From the IMG/VR virus record IMGVR_UViG_2751185860_000001, positions 12,733 through 76,732 of that record: a stretch of 64,000 nucleotides of DNA. One strand, given 5' to 3'. A program made the translations under genes and the position numbers. The notes under the pieces were generated by a model. The model saw only the letters and a program-made list of their open reading frames with translations. It searched no databases and was not told the DNA's origin. Below, piece after piece: positions 20,192 through 29,296 of this stretch. Numbering within the stretch: the first letter of the stretch is position 1; each line of letters opens with the position of its first letter. Source of the DNA: a virus (taxonomy: Duplodnaviria; Caudoviricetes).

Positions 20192-21349
20192 ATGAGGGCG
20201 ATTCATAGGTTAACAGCATCGTTTGTAAAGACATCTCCTCAGGGTAAGTATTGTGATGGAGCAGGCTTATGGTTAAATGTTCGAAAAGACAATACACGCG
20301 GTTGGTTTTTTCGTTATACATACCGCAATAAACGCCGTGAAATGGGGCTTGGTCCTGTTACAAAAACTTCTTTAAAGGAAGCACGCGAGTTTGCTAAACA
20401 TTATAGTGATATTCTTAAGGGTGGCAACGATCCTATTGTATTTCGAGAACAAAGCATTTTAAAACAGCAAAGCAATGTTTTTCAAGAAATTGCTCAAGCG
20501 GCTTTTGAAAGTAAAAAAGCTGAGTTAAAAAATGAAGGAAAAAATGGTCGTTGGTTTTCTCCACTAGAGTTACACGTTATTCCACATATAGGTAACCTTC
20601 CTGTAGAAAAATTAACAGCGAATATTATTCGTAATGTTCTTGCTCCACTTTGGCATAAAAAAGGAGATACAGCGCGAAAAGTACTTAACCGTATCAATAT
20701 TTGCTTAAAATATGCCGCCGCTCTTGGCTTGGATGTTGATTTACAAGCTTGTATGAAAGCACGCGCTCTTTTAGGAAAGTCACGCGCTATATCAACAAAT
20801 ATTCCTGCTATGCCATGGCGGGAAGTTCCGGCTTTTTATCAAAACTTAAATGATGACCTCCTTTCAAATTTAGCGCTAAAATTGCTAATTTTGACTGGAG
20901 TACGGTCATATCCCTTGCGATATTTGCGTCTTGAGCAAATTGATAAAAATGTATGGACGATACCAAAAGAAAATATGAAGGGTATTGTAGGCAAAGTTTC
21001 AGACTTTCGCGTACCGCTAAGTAATGAAGCTTTGAGAGTCATTGAAAAAGCTCTTTCTTTTGAAAAAAATGGTTTCTTATTTTCTGGTCTTAAAGGCACC
21101 CCAATTTCTGATGCAAGCATGGCAAAACATATGAAATTTTGTGGTTTAAAGTATCGTCCTCACGGTTTTCGCTCAAGCTTACGAGATTGGATAGCAGAAA
21201 CAACATCAACACCATTTGAGATTGCCGAAACTGTCCTTGCTCATTCAGTTGGTAGTTCAGTGACAAAAGCTTACATGCGAACAGATTTTTTAGAACAACG
21301 ACATGCTCTCTTAGAACAGTGGGCTACATTTATAACAGGGACGACTTGA
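20192..21349 (+). CDS. int: Tyrosine integrase, P4-like
   Basis: Arm-binding N-terminus (YCDGAGLWL, RREMGLG); catalytic R, HGFR, H and Y motifs. Confidence 0.95.
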   Translation: MRAIHRLTASFVKTSPQGKYCDGAGLWLNVRKDNTRGWFFRYTYRNKRREMGLGPVTKTSLKEAREFAKHYSDILKGGNDPIVFREQSILKQQSNVFQEIAQAAFESKKAELKNEGKNGRWFSPLELHVIPHIGNLPVEKLTANIIRNVLAPLWHKKGDTARKVLNRINICLKYAAALGLDVDLQACMKARALLGKSRAISTNIPAMPWREVPAFYQNLNDDLLSNLALKLLILTGVRSYPLRYLRLEQIDKNVWTIPKENMKGIVGKVSDFRVPLSNEALRVIEKALSFEKNGFLFSGLKGTPISDASMAKHMKFCGLKYRPHGFRSSLRDWIAETTSTPFEIAETVLAHSVGSSVTKAYMRTDFLEQRHALLEQWATFITGTT

Positions 21350-21375
21350 CAAAATCACGGAAGCATTTATATACG
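21346..21375 (+). promoter_or_regulatory. sigma70-type promoter for the antisense/antirepressor unit
   Basis: TTGACA at 21346 overlapping int stop, then TATATA; conserved in the copy near 54782. Confidence 0.7.
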
Positions 21376-21377
21376 CA

Positions 21378-21440
21378 AATCAGGTGCTTGAAAAACACCT
21401 TAAGCAAACAGCGGATAGATTGTCGACACAATCTTTTTTC
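21378..21440 (+). ncRNA. C4/CI-like antisense RNA (putative), copy 1
   Basis: Hairpins AGGTG/CACCT and GATTGT/ACAATC; TGAAAAACAC (21389-21398) is complementary to 21555-21564. Confidence 0.65.
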
Positions 21441-21587
21441 TGCACATTAAAGGCTTTGACTCGTTGTATACGTGTGGCGTATAGTGATCCTGTCGGGTGT
21501 GGTTATGCGATACAATACCCTTTATGGGGAAAGCATAACGACGGACTGTTTGCCGTGTTTTTCAGCGCCCGGCGCTCTTTTTTTTGA
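21384..21587 (+). CDS. Small Icd/Ash-like ORF (start uncertain)
   Basis: QYPLWGKHNDGL conserved with 54531-54794; lies between antisense RNA and antirepressor. Confidence 0.4.
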   Translation: MLEKHLKQTADRLSTQSFFCTLKALTRCIRVAYSDPVGCGYAIQYPLWGKHNDGLFAVFFSARRSFF

Positions 21588-22142
21588 GTGTCAATGAAAA
21601 ACGTTTGTTACAAACAGGAGTTCGTTATGAACAATCTTATAGAGATTAAAAAACAAGTGATTGATCAGGAAACTGTTCAGACAGTCAACGCACGTGAGTT
21701 GTGTGCTTTTTTAGAGGTAGGAAAAGATTTTTCTACTTGGATTACAAACCGCATTAATCAGTATGAATTTGTTGAAAATCAAGACTTTGTTTGCTCCCCT
21801 ATTTTGGGGAGCAAAGGCAGAGGTGGTCACAATCGCAAAGAATACCATCTCACCTTAGACATGGCGAAAGAGTTATCCATGGTTGAACGTAATGATAAAG
21901 GACGTCAAGCCCGTCGATATTTTATTGAATGTGAAAAAAAATTAAACAGTCAATTACAATTTGATCGTGAACTGTTTTCTCGTGATTTATTAAAATCACC
22001 TTCAGGTATTGGTGAAATTTTAGAAATAATTATGACACGTTTATTAGATGCAAATGGTTTTGAAAAAGAGCTTGAACATTACAAATCAGTTACAACAGAA
22101 GCCAAGCGTGTTTTAGAAAGCCCTGTTGCAAAGGCTGCTTAA
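21588..22142 (+). CDS. Antirepressor, AntA/AntB N-domain (start probably the later ATG near 21627)
   Basis: VNARELCAFL...DMAKELSMVERN...ARRYFIECE. Confidence 0.9.
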   Translation: MSMKNVCYKQEFVMNNLIEIKKQVIDQETVQTVNARELCAFLEVGKDFSTWITNRINQYEFVENQDFVCSPILGSKGRGGHNRKEYHLTLDMAKELSMVERNDKGRQARRYFIECEKKLNSQLQFDRELFSRDLLKSPSGIGEILEIIMTRLLDANGFEKELEHYKSVTTEAKRVLESPVAKAA

Positions 22143-22208
22143 TTACAAAGAATATAACCATACCTTTCCCCTGTAAAATGGGGAGAGGTTAAGTTTTATA
22201 TTTGTATG
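21975..22208 (+). repeat. 234-bp inverted repeat, left copy
   Basis: Base-by-base reverse complement of 53942-54175 as read by eye. Confidence 0.95.
22162..22197 (+). terminator. Terminator hairpin inside the inverted repeat
   Basis: CCTTTCCCC...GGGGAGAGG stem followed by TAAGTTTT. Confidence 0.65.
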
Positions 22209-22217
22209 TTTAGCAAT

Positions 22218-22454
22218 TTACTTACATTGCTGAATAGAGAAACATCCGTATTTGTAGGGCACAAACTCATAACTTTGTTTTTCTTCCCATTGCGTAAATA
22301 AAAATAAGTACTTTTGAAAATCTATACTTGAAAGGCGTCCTCCGAATTCTTGAAGGAAAGCTAACAATAGTTTTTGCCGTTTGAATAGAATCCTACTTTT
22401 TACTGTTTTCATAGTATTATTTCTGTATCTGATTGATATTTTGCTTAGAACCAA
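22218..22454 (-). pseudogene. Truncated gene fragment resembling the N-terminus of DUF488-associated proteins
   Basis: FKRQKLLL...DFQKYLFLF...FVPYKYGCFS, then an abrupt stop 10 bp from the repeat edge; family assignment from memory. Confidence 0.45.
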
Positions 22455-22634
22455 CCCAATGAAATTATATCACAAAAAAGTATTTATGCACTGATAAAAT
22501 CAACAATAATTGTTTATTTTCAATAATTTATGCTGTTTTTTCTTTGGAAAAATGGACTGTGTTGTGCTATAGTAAAAGCAGCTTTTCATATCCGTATTTC
22601 ATTTCAATTATTTTCCTTAGAAAAGATATCAAAC

Positions 22635-23081
22635 ATGCTTAATAAAGTAATTTTAATCGGCTATCTGGGTGCCGATCCCGACAGCAGAATAATGCCATCT
22701 GGAGTAGAAGTAGCAAATTTTCGTATGGGCACTTCTCAAAGTTATACAGATAAAACAACCTCTCAAAGAATAAATAAAACAGAATGGCATTCTATTGTGA
22801 TTTTTAATCCGCATCTTGCAAAGATTGCGCTTCAGTATCTCAACAAAGGTTCCAAAGTTTACATTGAAGGTCAATTACAAACACGTAAATGGCAAGATAA
22901 AGATGGGCAAACACGCTACACAACAGAAATTGTCTTACCGCAATATAAAGGTGAGTTAAAAATCCTTGATAGTGCTCAAAAGTCTGATCCTGACATGGCT
23001 ACTCAAGAGCAAACAATGGCATGGGAGAGTGGTGGTCGAGAGTCTTTAGAAACGACTTTGAATGACAGAATCCCATTTTAA
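22635..23081 (+). CDS. ssb: Single-stranded DNA-binding protein
   Basis: MLNKVILIGYLG...TEWH...VYIEGQLQTRKW; acidic tail ending IPF. Confidence 0.95.
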   Translation: MLNKVILIGYLGADPDSRIMPSGVEVANFRMGTSQSYTDKTTSQRINKTEWHSIVIFNPHLAKIALQYLNKGSKVYIEGQLQTRKWQDKDGQTRYTTEIVLPQYKGELKILDSAQKSDPDMATQEQTMAWESGGRESLETTLNDRIPF

Positions 23082-23097
23082 TCAGGAAAGTTAATTT

Positions 23098-23628
23098 ATG
23101 AAGAAACGCAAAAAAAGGGGAAGACCTAGAATAGAAGGTCAAATAAGAAAACCCAATGGACGTATCTCGTGTGCAAAAACGCCTGATAAGTCTTCATATC
23201 AACAGACACTTGAAATGCGTGCCAAGCGTTATGGAGCGAGTATTCAAGATGCGAAAAACCCACTTATGGGCACTTATGTAGGGCGGTTATATTTATTGGA
23301 AAAAAAGATTAATCAAGATCAGTACGATGCATCACAGCAGTATATTCAAGTGCGAAACAATTATCGGTGTGCGAAAGGATTACCAGGGGCTATTTATGAT
23401 GAAATGCCAACATCTTCTGATGATAGCGAAAGGAACAAGTGGGTTGAAGTAACAACTGATCGCTATAAAGCGATGCAAGAGGTTATCAGAGAAACACAGA
23501 GACTGCATCGTCGGTATAATCTTCATGATGCATTAGAGCATCTGGTTATTGAAGACCAACAACTGCCACATCTTGTCAACTCTCTACGCATGGCTCTGAA
23601 TGCTCTTCACAAATATTTTGATCCTTAA
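23098..23628 (+). CDS. Hypothetical DNA-binding protein, candidate late-gene regulator
   Basis: Basic KRGRPR N-terminus; occupies the Q position upstream of the late promoter. Confidence 0.45.
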   Translation: MKKRKKRGRPRIEGQIRKPNGRISCAKTPDKSSYQQTLEMRAKRYGASIQDAKNPLMGTYVGRLYLLEKKINQDQYDASQQYIQVRNNYRCAKGLPGAIYDEMPTSSDDSERNKWVEVTTDRYKAMQEVIRETQRLHRRYNLHDALEHLVIEDQQLPHLVNSLRMALNALHKYFDP

Positions 23629-23636
23629 TAAAAGGA

Positions 23637-23683
23637 TTGACATCAGATTTAAAATTAATAAAATGTGTATATATTTACACATT
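23637..23683 (+). promoter_or_regulatory. hicAB promoter with palindromic operator
   Basis: TTGACA-16-TAAAAT overlapped by AATGTGTA-N6-TACACATT (23662-23683). Confidence 0.7.
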
Positions 23684-23696
23684 ATGAGTATATAAA

Positions 23697-23897
23697 ATGG
23701 AACAAGATAGCCGAAAAATCATTGCAAAATTAAAGTGTGACGGCTTTGAACTTGTTAAAGTAAAAGGTTCTCATCATAAATTTAAAAAAAATGGTCAAGT
23801 AATTATCGTTCCCCATCCTAAAAAAGACTTGCCAATTGGTACAGCGCGTTCCATTGCACAACAAGCGGGCTGGTTAAAAAAAGGAAAAGAAGAATGA
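23697..23897 (+). CDS. hicA: HicA toxin
   Basis: KGSHHKF...VPHPKKDLPIGT. Confidence 0.95.
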   Translation: MEQDSRKIIAKLKCDGFELVKVKGSHHKFKKNGQVIIVPHPKKDLPIGTARSIAQQAGWLKKGKEE

Positions 23898-24289
23898 AAA
23901 GATTTTTTGCTCTTGTTCACAAGGATGAAAATTCTGCTTTTGGTGTTCAGTTTCCTGATTTTAAAGGACTATTTTCTGCTGCCGATCAGGAAGAAAATCT
24001 TATTGCTAATGCAACAGAAGCTCTTCAACTATATTGCGAAGAAATGGATAAATTGCCAACTCCTTTAAAATTTGAAGAAGTGATACAGAAAGAAACTGTC
24101 AAAATAGCTTTGTCGGAAGGAGCTTTTTTAATACAAGTTCCATTTGTTGAAAATGATTCAGAAGTGGTGCGTATGAATATATCAATTGAACGAGGGCTCT
24201 TGCGTGCAATTGATGATTGTGCACAAGAAAGAGGCTTAACACGATCTGCCTTTTTAGCAACGGCAGCACGTCATGAGCTTAATATTTGA
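23894..24289 (+). CDS. hicB: HicB antitoxin
   Basis: FGVQFPDF N-domain; C-terminal ribbon-helix-helix (RGLTRSAFL). Confidence 0.95.
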   Translation: MKRFFALVHKDENSAFGVQFPDFKGLFSAADQEENLIANATEALQLYCEEMDKLPTPLKFEEVIQKETVKIALSEGAFLIQVPFVENDSEVVRMNISIERGLLRAIDDCAQERGLTRSAFLATAARHELNI

Positions 24290-24401
24290 GTCATCAGATG
24301 TAATGAGAAAATTTACAACTTTTCTTCTACGACCATTTACACTTAACAAATACCATATTTAGTTTGATTGAAATAAAAAATACCAGATTGTGATTTTTTA
24401 G

Positions 24402-24430
24402 TTGACATGGGGATATAAATAGTATTTAAT
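24402..24430 (+). promoter_or_regulatory. Candidate late promoter (pR'-like)
   Basis: TTGACA-17-TTTAAT. Confidence 0.65.
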
Positions 24431-24502
24431 AGCGCTACTGCACGTGTTTTTGTGCGCCCAAAATTACAGAATCATGTAATTTTTTCTTGTTGGTGTTGTT
24501 TT

Positions 24503-24529
24503 AAAAGCCCTGCAAATGCAGGGTTTTTT
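24503..24529 (+). terminator. Terminator tR'-like
   Basis: CCCTGCA-AA-TGCAGGG plus T6. Confidence 0.8.
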
Positions 24530-24578
24530 GATTTAAAAAATCAAATTCAGTCACTCCTATTTTTTTATGATTTACTGG

Positions 24579-24613
24579 CCTCACTCCTCCCCTCCTGAGA
24601 GTGAGGTTTTTTT
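24579..24613 (+). terminator. Second late-leader terminator
   Basis: CCTCACTC...GAGTGAGG plus T7; its 3' half recurs at window positions 1-17. Confidence 0.75.
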
Positions 24614-24642
24614 ATATCTCAGTTTCTCCAAAGGAATAACCC

Positions 24643-25113
24643 ATGGAAAAAGTACAAGTAGTCATCACAAGACCTATGTGTGTTCTTGGTGACAATAAAG
24701 GAATCGTTCGTTTTGAGCCTTCCACAAAAAGTAATCCATTTGTTGAGGTTTCTTATCAAGTTTACTGTCGTCTTAAACGCGCTGGTGCTGCTAAGCTTTA
24801 TCAACAATGGCTATCACAAACCGTCAATGAAAAACCAGAGCTTAATGAACAAGAAGTCTCTGTAGATGTAAACACTCAAGAGGTTACACAGGTCGTTGAA
24901 GAAGTTGAACAAACTGTCGATGAAAAACTAGAGCTTGGTAAGCAAAAAGTTTCTATACAAGAGTCTCATGAGCAAGAGGTCTCTGTAGATGTAGATACGC
25001 AAGATACTGAACAGACTACTGAAGAAGTTGAACAAACACCTATAAAATCTGACAAACAGTCTCCAAAAGCAAAAACTTCTAAATCTTCGACGCGTGCGAC
25101 AAAGAAAGCTTAA
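24643..25113 (+). CDS. Hypothetical phage protein with acidic internal repeat
   Basis: EQEVSVDV.TQ...EEVEQT occurs twice. Confidence 0.7.
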   Translation: MEKVQVVITRPMCVLGDNKGIVRFEPSTKSNPFVEVSYQVYCRLKRAGAAKLYQQWLSQTVNEKPELNEQEVSVDVNTQEVTQVVEEVEQTVDEKLELGKQKVSIQESHEQEVSVDVDTQDTEQTTEEVEQTPIKSDKQSPKAKTSKSSTRATKKA

Positions 25114-25116
25114 ACT

Positions 25117-27866
25117 GTGAAGTCAAATACCCATGCAAAGCAAGTTGAACGCTTTGCTGAGACTGCTCAAAATTATATCACGCGCTTAACAAACATTTTA
25201 GCAGAGCCAGATACTGAAGTACGGCAAGCCTTTGACAGTTTCTTAGCAAAATTGCGTAATGATTTAAATAACACGACCACAGAAGGCGATGCGATTGAAA
25301 TGCTTGCACAGCATATTATCATGCTTCCTGTGTTTAAAGTGTTGTTTGAAGAATACCAATTTATTCGTGAAAATCCTGTGTCACGTGCTATACAACGTGT
25401 GCTTGATGCGCTTAAGAAAGCTAACTTTGAGCAAGAATCTAAAGATCTTGAAAAATTTTACGATAGTGTAAAATTACGGGCCTGTGGACTTACCGATCCA
25501 CAAGAAAAGCAAAAATTGATTTTAGAGATTTATGAAAAGTTTTTCCGTTATGCATTTCCACTCACTGCTCAAAAACTAGGTATTGTCTACACTCCCATTG
25601 AAGTTGTCGATTTTATTATTCATTCAGTCAATGAGGTCTTACAAACTGAATTCGGCAAAACGCTTGGTTCACCCGGTGTTAAGATTATGGACTCGTTTAC
25701 GGGAACGGGAACTTTTATCACACGGCTTTTACAATCTGGACTGATTAAAAAAGAGGAGATGGAATATAAATTCCGTCATGAGATTTATGCCAATGAAATA
25801 GTACCGTTAGCATACTATATCGCGGGCATTAATATTGAAGCCACATACCATAGCATTATGAGTGGAGATTATGTGCCATTTGAGGATATTTATTTAACCG
25901 ATACATTCCAGCTTTATGAGCAGGGAAAAGATCAGATGAGTGATTTGCATGAAGCAAAACAGTAAATGTCAGGAAAAACGAGATATTCGTGTCATTATTG
26001 GCAACCCACCCTATTCTGTTGGGCAAAAAAGTGAAAACGACAATGCGAAAAATCTCAGTTATCCAAAATTAGATAATTATATCCATGAGACTTATGTAGC
26101 TCGATCTAAAAGCGTTAATTTACGATCACTTTATGACAGTTATATTCGTGCAATTCGTTGGGCGAGTGATCACATAAAAGATTGTGGCGTTATTGGTTTT
26201 GTCACCAATGCAGGTTTTATTAATGCACGTTCCACGGATGGCTTACGAAAATGTTTGAGTGAAGAATTCTCGAGTATTTATATACTTAATTTACGGGGGG
26301 ATATTCGTAAAAATATGTTAAGTAAAGGGCGTGCTCAAGAAGGTCAGAATATTTTTGGTAGTGGAAGCATGACAGGTATTGCCATAACAATTCTTATCAA
26401 AAATCCAGATATTACTGAACCTTGCAAAATCTACTACTATGACATCGGTAATAATCTAACGAGAAAAGAGAAACTGTCTGAACTTCAGCGTTTTGGCAGT
26501 ATTGGTGGCATCAAGCGTGAACATGGTTGGCAAGTGATTACACCAGATGAGCACGTCGATTGGATTAATCAACGCAACAGTGATTTTGAAAAATTACTCG
26601 CTTTAGGAGATAGGAAAGGCGGTGATTTAAAATTATTCGAAACTTTTTCCGGTGGTGTTCAAACTAACCGAGATGCTTGGGCATACAATTCAAGTCGTGA
26701 AGCTTTAGCAAAAAATATGAGCAATATGATTACCTTCTATAACAATGAAGTAGAGCGTTTTAATGCTACATTCTCCCTCTAATCGTAAAGCACGTGAAAA
26801 TGCTGTAGATGATTTCGTCAGCCCAGATGCTAGAAAAATCAGTTGGAGCCGTTATCTCAAACAACAGTTAACTAAAGGAAATACTTTCGAATTTGAGAAT
26901 GACAGTCTTACCCAAAGCCTTTATAGACCTTTTACACGCCAGTGGCTTTATTATAATCATGCTCTTAACGAAAAAGTATACCAAATATCACGCATATTTC
27001 CTATAAAAGAGGTCGTTGAAAACAAGGTAATCCAAGTCACAGGAGCCGGAGAAAGAGTAGACTTTTCTGTTTTGATGACTAAGGATTTACCTGATCATGG
27101 TGCAATGGATGTTGCCCAATGTTTTCCACGGTATATTTATGAAAATACTGCATCTTATGCAAAGGAAACCAAAGCAGCTTGCTTACAACGACGTGATGCT
27201 ATAACTGATGAAGGATTAGCATATTTTAAAGAAGCCTATCCTGGCCAAACAATTACAAAGGATGATCTCTTCTTTTACGTTTATGGAGTGTTACATTCTG
27301 AAGGTTATCGTACTCGCTACGCTCATAATCTTTCCAAACAATTGCCTCGTATTCCAACGGTTAAAAAAGTAGAGGACTTTTGGGCTTTTGTTAAAGCTGG
27401 TCGAAAGCTTGGTGATTTGCATACAAATTATGAAGAGATTGAACCATATCCTGTTACATATAAACAAGGTGATCCAAGCACTTGGATTATTGATGACAAA
27501 GTCAGTTTCTACCGTGTTGAGAAAATGAAGTTTGCTGGCAAGCGTGGAGCTATTGATAAAAGCACTGTAATTTATAATGCGCAAATTACTATGCAAAATA
27601 TCCCATTGGAAGCTTATGATTATATAGTAAGTGGCAGACCTGCTCTTGAATGGGTTATGGATAGGCAAATTGTAAAAACCGATAAAGCAAGTGGCATTGT
27701 TAATGATGCTAATCGCTATGCTGTGGAGACTGTTGACAATCCTGCTTACCCCTTAGAATTGTTTCAACGGGTGATTACTGTAAGTTTAGAAACAATGAAA
27801 ATTATTCGTCATCTTCCAAAATTAGAAATGAGAGAAGTCGAAGATACTCAAAAAACTCTACACTAA
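25117..27866 (+). pseudogene. 5'-truncated, twice-frameshifted type ISP (helicase-methyltransferase) restriction-modification gene
   Basis: MTase motif I-like DSFTGTGTF, NPPY, and C-terminal specificity region in three ORFs (25117-25965, 25940-26782, 26763-27866); no nuclease or helicase part. Confidence 0.85.
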
Positions 27867-27879
27867 AAAGGATTAGGTT

Positions 27880-28467
27880 TTGGGGTTAAAGATCCATGCC
27901 AAGTGGTATCTGCAACAGGCAGACAATACTTTTACGAGTCTTCAAGCCCCACGTCTTCATTGGGCATTGCGTAATGCTATTAATACCACGGCCAAGCAAG
28001 TTGAACGTTTTGCTGAAAAGAAAGTTGCAGAGGATGCTTCAATTCCACCAAAGCGCGTTAAGAAAGGTGTCTACATTAGCGGCAAAGCCACAGCTAAATT
28101 TCTTGAAGCGGATATCATTGGTTCAGCTTCTCTACTCCCTCTTAAGATTTTTAAGGCAAGGGAAACGAAACGTGGCGTGATTTATAAAATCTTCGGCAAA
28201 AGAGAAGTCATGCCCCATGGTTTTATTCGAGGGGGAAAGTTTCCAGAGCGTGTCAATCTAAAAATGGGAGGACATGTCTTTATGAGAACCTCTGGAGATA
28301 AGTTCCCCATTGCAAAACAAGACGGCACCTCGATTGCTTATGTCATGTCTAAACCAAAGGTCTCAAGTTCTATTGAACATCATGCACGTGAGAGACTAAC
28401 CAAAAATATACAGAGCCAAATTGCTCGGCAAGAATATATGGTCAATCAAAAGGCCCCACGCTCTTAA
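27880..28467 (+). CDS. Minor tail/neck protein, lambda gpZ-like (putative)
   Basis: TTG start; ALRNAINTTAK N-terminus; basic composition. Confidence 0.55.
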   Translation: MGLKIHAKWYLQQADNTFTSLQAPRLHWALRNAINTTAKQVERFAEKKVAEDASIPPKRVKKGVYISGKATAKFLEADIIGSASLLPLKIFKARETKRGVIYKIFGKREVMPHGFIRGGKFPERVNLKMGGHVFMRTSGDKFPIAKQDGTSIAYVMSKPKVSSSIEHHARERLTKNIQSQIARQEYMVNQKAPRS

Positions 28468-28543
28468 ACTATACTAATTATAAAAAGCATATGATGATGA
28501 TTTTAATGTTTCAAACCAAATTATCGAGAGAAAAGTTTTTAAA

Positions 28544-28589
28544 AGGTACTTTCCAGTGGGGTGAGTGTGTTGCGGGGCAATCAAGCGCG
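28544..28589 (+). other. Lambda-like cos site (cosQ-cosN)
   Basis: AGGTACTTTCCAGTG...GTTGCGGGGC...CGCG aligns with lambda GGGTCCTTTCCGGTG...GTTACGGGGC...CGCG (recalled); upstream of terS. Confidence 0.6.
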
Positions 28590-28726
28590 ACATATCGCTA
28601 GCGACAGAATTTTTAAATAACTGTACATTGTACACATAACCTATTGATAAATAACAATTATCATACACTACCATTCCTTCAATGATGAGGTAGTTTCTAA
28701 ACCATAATATTCAATCACGGTAAAAT

Positions 28727-29296
28727 ATGAATAAAAAGAATAGAGAAGGATTGTCAGCTCGAGCGTTTGCAAAGAAGATGGGCGTTTATCCTAATGCGGT
28801 TATTGCCCGTTTTAAGACGGGGAAGTTTGATGAAGCGCTTTATGATGACGGTTCTATCAATGAAAAATTAGCAACAGCTTTATGGAATGAGAATCCCACC
28901 AAGCAAGCCTATATTGTAGGCGATGATGGAAAGCCTCGCACAAAGACAAAGCAGGATTCTATAGAAGGGGCTAATGAACACAAGATAAAACTCCAGAGAA
29001 TGCAAATTGCACTTGAAAGTGAAACGATTGATCTTGAGCAGAAAAAAGAAACAACACTTGACCGTGAAGAAGTAAGGAGAGGAGCACGTAATTTTGGAAG
29101 AGCTTATCGTGATATCATGCTGCATTTTCCTCATCGTTACGGTGCGCGTATTGCAGCAAAGGTTGAGTGTAATGCCGCAAGTCTGATTGGTGCCATTGAT
29201 CACTATATCCGAGAAGCTTTACAGGAAATCATAAAAGTTCCCGTTCCTTTCCATGATCAAGACCCTCCCGATCATAAGGAAGAGAAGAATGACTGA
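28727..29296 (+). CDS. Terminase small subunit
   Basis: N-terminal HTH and coiled coil; overlaps terL start. Confidence 0.75.
   Translation: MNKKNREGLSARAFAKKMGVYPNAVIARFKTGKFDEALYDDGSINEKLATALWNENPTKQAYIVGDDGKPRTKTKQDSIEGANEHKIKLQRMQIALESETIDLEQKKETTLDREEVRRGARNFGRAYRDIMLHFPHRYGARIAAKVECNAASLIGAIDHYIREALQEIIKVPVPFHDQDPPDHKEEKND

Noticed and set aside
21975-22208. Insertion sequence or MITE explanation for the 234-bp repeat
   Set aside because: No terminal inverted repeats or transposase; the unit is a gene 3' end plus terminator
28474-28674. 66-aa minus-strand ORF
   Set aside because: Overlaps the cos-like site; no recognisable motif or RBS
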